Shown one piece after another: positions 39,599-49,646 of a stretch of 59,545 bases of DNA; the first letter of the stretch is position 1, and each line of letters opens with the position of its first letter. The translations under genes were made by a program, and so were the position numbers. The stretch spans positions 1-59,545 of the forward strand of contig JAAEQW010000309.1 in the NCBI GenBank assembly GCA_024231025.1. Direction: 5' to 3'. This stretch comes from Candidatus Omnitrophota bacterium (GTDB lineage: Bacteria; Omnitrophota; Gorgyraeia; Duberdicusellales; 4484-171). The notes beneath the pieces were generated by a model. It saw only the letters and a list, made by a program, of their open reading frames with translations. It searched no databases and was not told where the DNA came from.

Positions 39599-41207
39599 AT
39601 ATTTCTACAATTTCATCAAATTCCAACTCATCTTTTCTTAAAAGTTCGCTGGCGAAGTGTTCGATTAATTCTCGTTCAGCAGTTAAAATTTCTTCAACTT
39701 CTCTCAAACACTTTGTCATTATTTTTTGCATGTCGTCGTCAAGTTTTCTTTTAGTTTCTTCGGAAACATTACCTTGGTTTAAAGCGCAAAAATCACCGAT
39801 CATGCCGCTTTCACCCATGCCGTATCGGCAAACCATACTATGTGCTAATTTAGTGGCATAATTAAAGTCGCTAGTTACACCCGAGGTGGTTTGTCCAAAT
39901 TTTATTTTTTCAGCCGCATAACCACCTAAGCAAGTTTTAATATTTGCGAAAAACCAGTCACTTGACGGAGCATGGATTTCTTCTGTTGGTCGATGCCCAA
40001 CATAACCCAACGCACCCTTTCTGGGCACAATCGATGCTTTAATAACATCATCTGTGGGGTGAGTAAGGTAGGCAATAATTGCGTGGCCGGTTTCATGATA
40101 GGCGGTCCAATATCTTTCTTTCTCGCTTAAAACGATTTGGCTCTTCAGTCCAAATACAACTCGATCATAAGCTTCTGACAGATCTTTATAGGTTACTTGT
40201 TTTTGCTTATTTCTTACAACAATTAATGAAGCTTCCCTAACCATGTTGGCAATGTCTGCCGGAGAAAAACCTACTGCTTTTTGCGCCAACACGTCGGTTT
40301 TAATTTCGGGATCACAGCTTACTTTCTTTAAATAAAAATCAAATAAATCTTTTCGATCCTTAAGTCCGGGCTTTCCTACATATATTTTTCGATCAAATCT
40401 TCCTGCACGCATCAATGCTGGATCAAGTTGATCTTCAGGCACGTTAGTTGCTGCAACAACAACAATATTATTTTCAGTGTGACTCAAGCCATCAAGTTCA
40501 GTTAAAAGTTGATTAACCGTAGCGTTATAGCTCATTCCGCCGCCAAGACCGCTTACGCCAACTCGCGGGCGAGCGATTGTGTCGATTTCATCAATAAAAA
40601 TAAGACAGCCGCCATGATATTCGGCAAGCATTCGTGCTTCCTTGAAAAGATTACGAATTTTTGTTGCACCAACGCCAACAAACATTCCGATAAATTCACT
40701 ACCAACAGCAGCTAAAAAAGGCATTCCAGTTTCAGTTGCAATTGCTTTAGCGAGGTAAGTTTTACCGCAACCCGGAGGACCAACCATTAAAAGACCTTTA
40801 ATGATTCTTCCACCGACCATTTTTAGGTGTGTGCGGTCGCGCAACAGGCTTATTACTTCGGCAACCTCACGTTTCATGCCTTCCATGCCGATAACGTCGG
40901 ACCACTTAACATTAACTTGTTCAGGCTTTACTTTCTTTTGCCCCATTTTTGCTACTCCGCCGCCGAACATAAACCAGTAGTGAAAGCCCATGTAAATACT
41001 GGCGAAAGTAAAAGCTTGAATTACACCCATGAATAGTTGTAGGGGAACACTGGCAAGGGTCATTTTTTTGTAGAATGACTCAAGAGTTAGGAAGTTCTTA
41101 ACACCAACAATAATCAATGTCACCAGTCCAACTAACATAGTCACCCCAACGGTGATACCGATTATTTTTAGCCAATTATATTTTATGAATTTTTTGAGTT
41201 TGTTCAT
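39555..41207 (-). CDS. FtsH-like AAA+ zinc metalloprotease
   Basis: GPPGCGKT, FIDEID, ATN..LDPALMRAGRFDR, HETGH; two closely spaced N-terminal TM helices. Confidence 0.9.
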   Translation of the reverse strand: MNKLKKFIKYNWLKIIGITVGVTMLVGLVTLIIVGVKNFLTLESFYKKMTLASVPLQLFMGVIQAFTFASIYMGFHYWFMFGGGVAKMGQKKVKPEQVNVKWSDVIGMEGMKREVAEVISLLRDRTHLKMVGGRIIKGLLMVGPPGCGKTYLAKAIATETGMPFLAAVGSEFIGMFVGVGATKIRNLFKEARMLAEYHGGCLIFIDEIDTIARPRVGVSGLGGGMSYNATVNQLLTELDGLSHTENNIVVVAATNVPEDQLDPALMRAGRFDRKIYVGKPGLKDRKDLFDFYLKKVSCDPEIKTDVLAQKAVGFSPADIANMVREASLIVVRNKQKQVTYKDLSEAYDRVVFGLKSQIVLSEKERYWTAYHETGHAIIAYLTHPTDDVIKASIVPRKGALGYVGHRPTEEIHAPSSDWFFANIKTCLGGYAAEKIKFGQTTSGVTSDFNYATKLAHSMVCRYGMGESGMIGDFCALNQGNVSEETKRKLDDDMQKIMTKCLREVEEILTAERELIEHFASELLRKDELEFDEIVEIFEKYGKERPANTAL

Positions 41208-41265
41208 TTTTTACCTTTTAAAAACGATACCACATAATAATATTTTTGTCCAGATGTTATGGAAA

Positions 41266-41298
41266 AGACCATAGACCATATACCGAAGACTATAGACC
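41266..41298 (+). repeat. Heptamer tandem repeat (AGACCAT-like)
   Basis: AGACCAT AGACCAT ATACCGA AGACTAT AGACC. Confidence 0.6.
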
Positions 41299-41299
41299 T

Positions 41300-41327
41300 G
41301 TAGGGAACGGGCATGTCCGTTCCCTAC
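41300..41327. repeat. GTAG-type REP-like palindrome
   Basis: GTAGGGAACGG-GCATGT-CCGTTCCCTAC, perfect 11-bp stem. Confidence 0.75.
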
Positions 41328-41395
41328 TTTAGATCAAAAAAAGAAGACCAAAAATCCGAAACAAATTCGAATGATCAAAATTCCAAATTTTCTTC

Positions 41396-41423
41396 TTGCC
41401 AGAAATAGACCTTATGTTACAAT
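41396..41423 (+). promoter_or_regulatory. Promoter for hflKC
   Basis: TTGCCA-16 nt-TACAAT with extended -10 TG. Confidence 0.5.
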
Positions 41424-41432
41424 ACCACTATT

Positions 41433-42422
41433 ATGGATTTTGGAAATAAAAACCCTGACGAAATAATACACGAGTTTCAAAAAAAGATGGCTAAAAAGGC
41501 ACCGTCACCGGTGTTGATAATTGGCTTAATCGTGCTTTTTATTCTCTTAAAGGGGCTTTTCTACACTGTCCAAAAAGATGAAGTTGGTATGGTTTTACGC
41601 TTTGGTAAATCAGTGAGAACTGCGTCTCCCGGACTTCATTTTAAGATCCCTCTCGGAATTGAAAAGGTTTTCCCAGTTAAGGTCACTCACATATATAAGG
41701 AAGAATTTGGGTTTAGAACCCGTTCAGCCGGAGTTAAAACCATCTACAATCGAAAAGCTTATGACGAGGAATCGCTGATGTTAACCGGTGACTTAAACGT
41801 TATGGACATCGAATGGACTGTTCAGTTTCAAATCAACGATCCCTTTAACGCATTATTTAAAATCAGAAACTTGGTTAAAACGCTGCGCGATGTTTCTGAG
41901 TCGGTAATGCGTAAGGTTATTGGCGACTACACTTTTGACGAAGTTTTAACTAAGCGAATCGAAATAAATGATTTAGTTCAATTGAAAATGCAGGAAACGT
42001 TAAAAAGTTACGAAACCGGAATAAAAATCGTTACCGTAAAACTCCAAGATGTTAATCCGCCTGACCCGGTAAAGCCAGCCTTTAATGAAGTTAACGAGGC
42101 AAAGCAGGAAAGGGAGAAAATGATTAATCAGGCTTGGGAAGTGTATAATCAGAAAATACCTCAAGCTCGAGGTGAAGCACAAAAAATAATAAAAGAAGCT
42201 GAAGGGTATGCGTTGGAAAGGGTAAATAAGGCCCTCGGTGATGCCAATCGCTTTGATCTGCTAAGAAGCGAATATGCATTAGCCAAGGAAATAACCTTAC
42301 AGCGTTTATATTTGGAAAATATGAGCGATGTTCTAAAACGCGCCGGTAAGAAATACATAACCGATCCAGATGAAAAGGGAATTTTACCTCTGCTAAGGTT
42401 AGACGGAGATTTAACAAAATGA
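41433..42422 (+). CDS. hflK: FtsH modulator HflK
   Basis: SPFH domain; RFG, PGLH.K.P, MLTGD.N, PP..V..AF.EV..A.QE, P.ARGEA. Confidence 0.92.
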   Translation: MDFGNKNPDEIIHEFQKKMAKKAPSPVLIIGLIVLFILLKGLFYTVQKDEVGMVLRFGKSVRTASPGLHFKIPLGIEKVFPVKVTHIYKEEFGFRTRSAGVKTIYNRKAYDEESLMLTGDLNVMDIEWTVQFQINDPFNALFKIRNLVKTLRDVSESVMRKVIGDYTFDEVLTKRIEINDLVQLKMQETLKSYETGIKIVTVKLQDVNPPDPVKPAFNEVNEAKQEREKMINQAWEVYNQKIPQARGEAQKIIKEAEGYALERVNKALGDANRFDLLRSEYALAKEITLQRLYLENMSDVLKRAGKKYITDPDEKGILPLLRLDGDLTK

Positions 42423-43372
42423 AGAATAAAGGGTTAGGTCCAATTGCAATTGTTATACTAATTACGGTTATTTTGGTTGGAAACCCCTTCTACATAACCA
42501 CTGAGGCACAACAGGCAATTGTAACACAATTTGGTGAACCGATCGGTGAGGCAGTTGTAAATGCGGGGTTGCATTTTAAAGTGCCTTTTATCCAAAAGGT
42601 AAATTATTTTGAGAAGCGGATTTTAGAGTGGGACGGTTACCCAAACCAAATCCCCACAAAAGATAAGCGCTATATTTGGGTTGATACAACTGCACGTTGG
42701 CGCATTAGCGATCCGTTAAAATTCTTTCAAACTGTAGATAATGAACAAAAAGCCCACGGCAGACTTGATGATATCATTGACGCTGCGGTAAGAGATATCG
42801 TTACCTCTGGGAACCTTATCGAAATTGTTCGATCTTCAAACCGTCTCGTTGATGAGTTAAAGTTTAAGAAAGAGGAGAAAGAATTTATCGAAGAAGGAGC
42901 TTTAGAGGAAATCACCATTGGTCGAGAAGCAATGCGAACGGCAATCATCAAAAGGGTTAGAAGTGATGTTCCGCAATACGGTATTGAGTTGATTGATGTG
43001 CGCATAAAGCGGGTTAGCTATGTTGAAGATGTGAGGCGTAAAGTTTACGACAGAATGATTGCCGAACGAAAACGCGCCGCTGAAGAGTATCGCTCGGAAG
43101 GAAGAGGAGTAAGGGCCGAAATCCAGGGTCGCACCGATAAGGAGCTAAAAAATGTACTTTCTCAGGCCTACAAAACCGCTCAAGGGGTTAAAGGTAGCGC
43201 TGATGCTGAATCAACTAAAATTTATGCACAAGCCTACAGCAAAGATCCGGAATTGTATTCTTTCCTTAAAACATTAGAAACGTATAAAAACACAGTAGAT
43301 AAGCAAACTACGATTATTCTTACCACTGACGGAGATTATTTTAAGTATCTTAAAGAAATTTCCCCGAAATAA
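42419..43372 (+). CDS. hflC: FtsH modulator HflC
   Basis: QFGEP, GLHFKVPFIQ, WRISDP..F, DVRIKR, RM.AER. Confidence 0.92.
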   Translation: MKNKGLGPIAIVILITVILVGNPFYITTEAQQAIVTQFGEPIGEAVVNAGLHFKVPFIQKVNYFEKRILEWDGYPNQIPTKDKRYIWVDTTARWRISDPLKFFQTVDNEQKAHGRLDDIIDAAVRDIVTSGNLIEIVRSSNRLVDELKFKKEEKEFIEEGALEEITIGREAMRTAIIKRVRSDVPQYGIELIDVRIKRVSYVEDVRRKVYDRMIAERKRAAEEYRSEGRGVRAEIQGRTDKELKNVLSQAYKTAQGVKGSADAESTKIYAQAYSKDPELYSFLKTLETYKNTVDKQTTIILTTDGDYFKYLKEISPK

Positions 43373-43380
43373 AACTTTCC

Positions 43381-44232
43381 ATGAACACAGCAATTCTCCT
43401 TATTTCTTGTCCTGATCGAAAAGGAATTACCGCTAGTGTAACAAATTTTGTCTATGACAACGGTGGTAATATCGAGCATGCTGATCAGCATATTGATTCG
43501 CAAACTAACACATTTTTTATGCGGATACAATGGTCATTAGAAGAATTTAGGATTTCCCCATCTGACATAAAAGACCGTTTCCAACCGTTGGCGGAAAAAT
43601 TTTACATGGATTCCAACCTTTATTTCGACGACCATACGCCACGTGTAGCGATTTTTACATCAAAGCAAGACCATTGCCTTTACGATCTTCTCCTACGTCA
43701 TAAAGAAGGGCAATTTAAATGTTCGATACCACTGGTAATTAGCAACCATCCCAATAGTGCTAAAACTGCAGCTAGTTTTGGTATAAAATTTGCTCAATTA
43801 GAGAAAACCCCTGCTAACAAAAGTGAAACTGAGAAAAAAGAAGTAGCTTTATTAAAGAACGAAAACATTGAGTTGGTAATTTTAGCACGCTACATGCAGG
43901 TTCTTACGGCTGATTTTTTAAATCACTTTAAAAATCAAATCATAAACATCCATCACTCATTCTTGCCGGCTTTTGCCGGAAATAACCCCTACGCTCAAGC
44001 CTATCGACGAGGAGTAAAAATTATTGGAGCAACAAGTCACTACGTAACTGCCGAATTGGATCAGGGCCCAATTATTGAACAGAATACGGTACGCATAAGT
44101 CATCGGGATTCATTGGCAGATTTGCAAAGAAAAGGCAAAGATTTAGAGAAAAATGTCTTAAGTGAAGCTGTACGGCTCCATTTAGAGCGAAAAATACTGG
44201 TTTACGACAATAAAACAGTAATTTTCGACTAA
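43381..44232 (+). CDS. purU: Formyltetrahydrofolate deformylase
   Basis: CPDRKGI (ACT), LARYMQ, INIHHSFLPAF.G, GATSHYVT.ELD.GPII. Confidence 0.96.
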   Translation: MNTAILLISCPDRKGITASVTNFVYDNGGNIEHADQHIDSQTNTFFMRIQWSLEEFRISPSDIKDRFQPLAEKFYMDSNLYFDDHTPRVAIFTSKQDHCLYDLLLRHKEGQFKCSIPLVISNHPNSAKTAASFGIKFAQLEKTPANKSETEKKEVALLKNENIELVILARYMQVLTADFLNHFKNQIINIHHSFLPAFAGNNPYAQAYRRGVKIIGATSHYVTAELDQGPIIEQNTVRISHRDSLADLQRKGKDLEKNVLSEAVRLHLERKILVYDNKTVIFD

Positions 44233-44248
44233 AAAGCTCCAAAAAAAG

Positions 44249-44277
44249 TTGCACTACGCCTAGTTTTATGATAAATT
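44249..44277 (+). promoter_or_regulatory. Possible promoter of the sugar ABC/glycoside hydrolase operon
   Basis: TTGCAC-17 nt-TAAATT with extended -10 TG. Confidence 0.4.
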
Positions 44278-44304
44278 GTAAGTCTTTCTAGGTAGGAGGT
44301 TTAA

Positions 44305-45594
44305 GTGAGATTTTACTCAAAAATTATATGCCTTATAGTAGTTAGCGTCCTATTCGTTTCTGGCTGCGGTAAAAAACCTGAACAGCAAAATAAGCTGGTA
44401 GTTTGGCATTGGTTAAATGATCGAAAAGATGCTCTCGATCAACTTGCTGAAAAATATACTGAACAAACAGGCATTGAAGTAGAATTTAAACTTTTTTTTC
44501 CTCCTGACATATACGCGCAAAAAGTTATTGCCGCAGCACGCGCCGGTAACCTGCCTGATATTTTCGGAATTCTTGCTGAAAAACTAACAATTGCATCTTT
44601 TGTTCAAGCCGGGCACATTCCAAACTTATTGCCGTATATGAATGCCGATTACGGCAGATGGAAAAATAGTTTTTACCCTCAAACATTAGACGTTGTTAGC
44701 TTTCAAGAAAATAACACTTATGGTGCACCAGCGGGAATTTACGGGGTTCCTATCGACACTGCAATTATGCAATTTGTTTACAACAAAGCCCTATTCAAAA
44801 AATCCGGTATCGACCCTGATACGCCACCAACAACAATTAACGAATTTATCAATTACGCCAATGTTATCAGGAAGGATTCGCATGTTTATGGTTTTACTTG
44901 TGGGTGGGGCGAAAGCTGGATGCTTAACTGTTTGGTTACTGAATGGGCAATTAATGTTATGGGGGAAGAGAAATTTTTGAAAACTATTAGCGGTGAAATA
45001 CCTTATACGGATGAAGAATGGATAGAGGTATTCTCGTTATTTGAAAAACTTCGCAGGTCAGGGATTTTAGCGCCAAATGTGACAGCCTTGTACAACAAGG
45101 AGTCAGAAGATTCTTTTGCTAGAGGTAAAGCGGCGTTTTCTTTTAACGGGAGTTGGTCGGTAAATGTTTACCGGCAGCTTAATCCCAGTTTAGATTACGC
45201 GTTTTTTCCATTGCCTGCGGTTTCAACCAAACATCCAGTTAAGGTTTGGGGTGGTGGGGGATCATCCTTTATGGTAAATGCGAAATCACCTCGTAAAGAA
45301 AAAGCAATTAATTTCCTAAAGTGGATTACGGCGCAGCAGCAGCAAAAATTTCTAGCAAAAGAAACAAATAACTTGCCGGCAATAAGGCTTAGCAAGGAGG
45401 ATTTACCAGAAATGCTACAGACAACAATTGATGACCTAGGCAAATCAACTCATCCCAACGTTTGGCCACATAACGAAGATTCTAGGGTAATCGAGGCGTT
45501 GAATAAAGGATTGCAGCAAGTCGTAATGGGCATTAAGACTGCTCAACAAATTGCAAAAGAAATTCAAGAGGTAAATATAAGGGTTTCTAAGTAA
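44305..45594 (+). CDS. Carbohydrate ABC transporter substrate-binding lipoprotein
   Basis: Lipobox VSGC; PDIF, YGVP, YNK.LF...G, F..GKAA..NGSW; GGAGG SD with GTG start. Confidence 0.92.
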   Translation: MRFYSKIICLIVVSVLFVSGCGKKPEQQNKLVVWHWLNDRKDALDQLAEKYTEQTGIEVEFKLFFPPDIYAQKVIAAARAGNLPDIFGILAEKLTIASFVQAGHIPNLLPYMNADYGRWKNSFYPQTLDVVSFQENNTYGAPAGIYGVPIDTAIMQFVYNKALFKKSGIDPDTPPTTINEFINYANVIRKDSHVYGFTCGWGESWMLNCLVTEWAINVMGEEKFLKTISGEIPYTDEEWIEVFSLFEKLRRSGILAPNVTALYNKESEDSFARGKAAFSFNGSWSVNVYRQLNPSLDYAFFPLPAVSTKHPVKVWGGGGSSFMVNAKSPRKEKAINFLKWITAQQQQKFLAKETNNLPAIRLSKEDLPEMLQTTIDDLGKSTHPNVWPHNEDSRVIEALNKGLQQVVMGIKTAQQIAKEIQEVNIRVSK

Positions 45595-46494
45595 ATGACC
45601 GAATACACTACAAATAATCGATTTTCTAGTTTTTCCTTTATAATCCCTGCTTTAGTTATTTTTGCGGTATTTTATCTTTATCCGTTTTTTTATTCTTTTG
45701 CCCTAAGCCTGTACGAGGGTGATGGAATATCAACAATGAGGTTCGTGGGTTTAAATAATTACAAAACCGCACTTTGCCTTGACCGAGAATGGTGGCGCTC
45801 AATGTATAATGGCGCTTTTATAACTTTCTTGGCACTCACTTTGCAAAATATTTTGGCTTTTGCCCTGGCATTAGGCGTCAATAAAACGGTTAGAACAAAC
45901 AAAATCTATTGCACGGTATTCTTTATTTTACCTGTGCTTTCTGAAATCATAATCGGCTTACTTATGCGCGAGATCTTAAAATCTGATCCTGGTGTTTTCA
46001 ACCAGATACTTGGAAAAATTGGCCTTGGTGGTTTTGCTTCTAATTGGCTAGAAGGCGAAAAAACCGCACTTTTGACCACTGCCTTGGTTCATTGCTGGAG
46101 GGGTTTTGGATGGGCTTTTGTGATCATTTTGGCTGGTCTACAAACAATTCCCGAGCAACTTTACGAAGCCGCTCGTATTGATGGAGCAAATGCATGGCAT
46201 AAATTTACGAAAATTACAATACCGCTTCTGATGCCGGTGTTATCGCTAGTTTTTATATTGACTATTCTGGGAACAATGCAGGTTTTTACGATGATTTTAG
46301 CATTAACTAGAGGTGCTGGTGGATTGACTGAGGTTCCGGTTATGAGGATATATAATCACCTTCGTGGCGGTCGCTTAATTGGCTATGCTTGCACCGAAGG
46401 CGTTGTTTTAGGGGTAATTCTTATTGCAGTATCTTTTGTTACGCTTTATATTTCAAAACAGATGAGGAAACATTACGGTGTACTACCAAACTAA
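45595..46494 (+). CDS. Carbohydrate ABC transporter permease
   Basis: FVGL.NY; EAA motif LQTIPEQLYEAARIDGA. Confidence 0.93.
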   Translation: MTEYTTNNRFSSFSFIIPALVIFAVFYLYPFFYSFALSLYEGDGISTMRFVGLNNYKTALCLDREWWRSMYNGAFITFLALTLQNILAFALALGVNKTVRTNKIYCTVFFILPVLSEIIIGLLMREILKSDPGVFNQILGKIGLGGFASNWLEGEKTALLTTALVHCWRGFGWAFVIILAGLQTIPEQLYEAARIDGANAWHKFTKITIPLLMPVLSLVFILTILGTMQVFTMILALTRGAGGLTEVPVMRIYNHLRGGRLIGYACTEGVVLGVILIAVSFVTLYISKQMRKHYGVLPN

Positions 46495-47314
46495 AAAAAT
46501 TATTTTTCTGCTCGTTCTGCATACCTTCCTAATCAGTGTTGCTTTAAGTTGTATTGGTCCATTCATTTGGATGATAAATACCTCCTTGCAAACCGAAACC
46601 GAATTTAGCGACAGTCACGGACTAAAACGGGCTGAAAGCTTTAATTTATCTAATTATAAAAAAGTTCTTGTTGATAAAAAACTTTGGGTCTATTTCTTAA
46701 ACAGTCTTTTTTACACCTTCATTACCGTGACGTTGATTGTGTTTATTTCGTCATTGGCGGCGTATGCATTTTCTAGGTTGGATTTTCCATTTAAAAACAC
46801 AATATTTCTTATGTTCTTGACCGCGATGATGATTCCGCTTCCTGCGGGTTTTGTGCCGGTATATGTCTTGTTGAATAAGCTCGGTTTAGTAAATCGAGTT
46901 GGTTATGTGCTTGCAATGACCAACATGGGGTTATCTCTGAGTATCTATCTGCTAAAAACATTCTTCGACACTCTCCCGCGCGACCTTGAGGATGCTGCGC
47001 ATATCGACGGCTGCAACAAGCTACAAATTTGGTGGAACGTGGGCCTGCCTCTAACCGCACCGGCATTAGCTGTTGTGATCGTTTTTAACGCCTTGAATGT
47101 TTGGAATGAGTTTGTATTGGCATCGTTGATGTTTACCGAAGATGCTCTTATGCCGTTACAGGTGGGGTTAATGGAAATATACAATCGAAATATAATCCAA
47201 CACACTCTTGTTATGGCCGCATTGACTATTGCGGCAGTGCCGATAATTATTTTATACCTTAGGATGCAAAAACAATTTATTAAAGGACTTACTGCTGGAG
47301 CAGTATTTGGTTAA
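46478..47314 (+). CDS. Carbohydrate ABC transporter permease
   Basis: NS, AAYAFSR..F, LP.DLEDAA.IDG, WNEF. Confidence 0.93.
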   Translation: MYYQTKKIIFLLVLHTFLISVALSCIGPFIWMINTSLQTETEFSDSHGLKRAESFNLSNYKKVLVDKKLWVYFLNSLFYTFITVTLIVFISSLAAYAFSRLDFPFKNTIFLMFLTAMMIPLPAGFVPVYVLLNKLGLVNRVGYVLAMTNMGLSLSIYLLKTFFDTLPRDLEDAAHIDGCNKLQIWWNVGLPLTAPALAVVIVFNALNVWNEFVLASLMFTEDALMPLQVGLMEIYNRNIIQHTLVMAALTIAAVPIIILYLRMQKQFIKGLTAGAVFG

Positions 47315-47318
47315 CATT

Positions 47319-49631
47319 ATGATGTACAAAAAACAAAATTTTAAACTTTATCTCGTTATTGTTGCGACTACGCTTTGTGTGTTTGCCAGTTTCGCGCAAA
47401 CTTCTCAAGAATATGTTAAAAAAGCATGGACAATGCAGGGAAAAGGCGATCACAATGCGGCGATTAACGCTGCTGATAAGTGTATTGATGCCTTTAGCAA
47501 AGATGCCACAGCGCTTAGTGCGGATTTGACTGATTTTCCTCCAAAAGGCAAGGAAGATAATTACCAAATAATGAACGATGTGGCAATCTGTTACTTCATT
47601 AAGGGAGAAACTCTGCGCAATATGGCTGTTGAGCAAGAAAATGAGACCAAAGAAGAAACGCTGGAGCGAGCAATTGCAACCTTAGAGGAAGTTATTGAAA
47701 AATATCCATACGCACAAGCTTTTGACCCACGCGGGTGGTATTGGTCAATAAAAGAAAAAGCTGAAAATATAATCATCGAAATTAATCAAGGTGATGGATG
47801 CAAAATCGAAGAAAATACCATCCAACAAGATACTGAGATTACACTTTATGACGAAGGAAGTGAATTTCCGGTTAATTATGAAAGATACGGTGAGTTTAGC
47901 GGTTTAGGGACTGACAACTACCGCTACACAGTAAACGATCCGATTGAGCTCGCTAAGGCAACCGGAGAGGGAGTGTATCCAAATTCAACATCAATTAAAT
48001 TTGATCCGGAATTCGTTAAGCTAAAAAAGGGACTCTCCTCAATTAATCATTGGGAAATATTAAATAGCCGTGACTTAAATACTGCTTTTTACAGATGGAG
48101 CATCGCTCCTGAACCAACCGGTGTTAAGCAATTTTATATTGCTGACATTCTAGAACGCGCCGGATTGTTCGAGCACGCGATAAAAGCCTATTATTCAGTA
48201 ATTGTTCATTTTCCTAAAACTTACAGTTGGACGTATTGGCATACCCCATGGTATCCAAGTAAGGCTGCTATCTATCGGATAAAACACATCATCGAGGAAA
48301 ACCCCGAAATTAATTTAAGACTTCAAGAAACGCAGATTACCATTCAAAACGGCTATGACAATAGTATCCGCAATGATGTTTACATTGTAAATCCCGGAAA
48401 ATTGACACGAACATCTTTTTTAAATAAGGGAAAACACAAGAAGGAAAAACGAAACGATCAAGGCAAAATCGTTAAAACTATTGGCGGTGATATATCAAAA
48501 CTAGTGAAATATGCCAATGGTGACTGGAAAATGATTGTTAATCAGAAACCATTTATTATAAAAGGCATAACTTACGACCCCTCTCGCGTTGGAGAATCAC
48601 CGGACAAAGGCACAAAAGCCAATTGGACAACCCAGGATACCAATAAAAACAACATTATTGATGCTCCGTTTGAATCATGGGTCGATGAAAATGGCAACAA
48701 TGTTCAAGACGAAAACGAAGAATCTATTGGAGATTTCGCCCTAATGAAGGAAATGGGAGCAAATTGTTTGCGGCTTTATCACCAACCAGAGGAATTAAAT
48801 AAGAAACTTCTTCGACAAATGCATGAAAAATATGGTATATATATAGTAATGGGGGACTTTTTAGGCAAATACGTCCTCGGTAGCGGTGCTGATTGGGAAA
48901 AGGGCACTGATTATGAAAATGCACTTCATAAGGAAAACATGCTCAAAAGCGTGGAAAAAATGGTGCAAGAATTTAAAGATGAGCCATATGTAGTAATGTG
49001 GCTGCTAGGTAATGAAAATGTATATGGGCTGGGTTGCAATGCCGACAAAAAACCGGAAAGTTTTTTTAAATTCGTTAATGATGCAGCTTTGCTCATTAAA
49101 TCCTTGGATCCCTACAAGCGTCCTGTTGGCATTGTTTCCGGAGATGTTTTGTTTTTGGACGTGTTTGCCAAGGAATGCCCAGATGTTGACGTGTTTGGAA
49201 CAAATGCCTACCGAGGACGTCATGGATTTCTGGATTTATGGAATGAGGTGAAAAAAGTAGTTGATAAGCCCCTCATGCTTACTGAATTTGGGGCACCAAG
49301 CTATGCAACAGGCTATACTATTGAAGAAACAGAGCAATATCAGGCAAAATATCATAAAACTTGCTGGGAAGACATATACTACAATTCTGCCTATTTTGGT
49401 GAAGGTAATGCTATCGGCGGATTTGTCTTTGAGTGGATCGATGAATGGTGGAAGGCATACAGTCCACATTGCCATGACACTGCGCGCCTTTCTGCGGGAC
49501 CGTTTCTCGATGGATACTATCGCGAGGAGTGGTTTGGTCTTTGCGGGCAAGGTGATGGAACAAAATCACCATTTTTGAGACATTTGAAAAAGGCGTATTA
49601 CGTTTATAAAGATCTTTGGAACAACAACTAA
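47319..49631 (+). CDS. Secreted TPR-like + clan GH-A (GH2-like TIM barrel) glycoside hydrolase
   Basis: Signal peptide; TPR-like helices; WLLGNE (acid/base) and LTEFG (nucleophile); FEWIDEWWK; Dx[DN]x[ND] Ca-loop-like inserts. Confidence 0.75.
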   Translation: MMYKKQNFKLYLVIVATTLCVFASFAQTSQEYVKKAWTMQGKGDHNAAINAADKCIDAFSKDATALSADLTDFPPKGKEDNYQIMNDVAICYFIKGETLRNMAVEQENETKEETLERAIATLEEVIEKYPYAQAFDPRGWYWSIKEKAENIIIEINQGDGCKIEENTIQQDTEITLYDEGSEFPVNYERYGEFSGLGTDNYRYTVNDPIELAKATGEGVYPNSTSIKFDPEFVKLKKGLSSINHWEILNSRDLNTAFYRWSIAPEPTGVKQFYIADILERAGLFEHAIKAYYSVIVHFPKTYSWTYWHTPWYPSKAAIYRIKHIIEENPEINLRLQETQITIQNGYDNSIRNDVYIVNPGKLTRTSFLNKGKHKKEKRNDQGKIVKTIGGDISKLVKYANGDWKMIVNQKPFIIKGITYDPSRVGESPDKGTKANWTTQDTNKNNIIDAPFESWVDENGNNVQDENEESIGDFALMKEMGANCLRLYHQPEELNKKLLRQMHEKYGIYIVMGDFLGKYVLGSGADWEKGTDYENALHKENMLKSVEKMVQEFKDEPYVVMWLLGNENVYGLGCNADKKPESFFKFVNDAALLIKSLDPYKRPVGIVSGDVLFLDVFAKECPDVDVFGTNAYRGRHGFLDLWNEVKKVVDKPLMLTEFGAPSYATGYTIEETEQYQAKYHKTCWEDIYYNSAYFGEGNAIGGFVFEWIDEWWKAYSPHCHDTARLSAGPFLDGYYREEWFGLCGQGDGTKSPFLRHLKKAYYVYKDLWNNN

Positions 49632-49646
49632 ATAAGGAGGTTCGTT

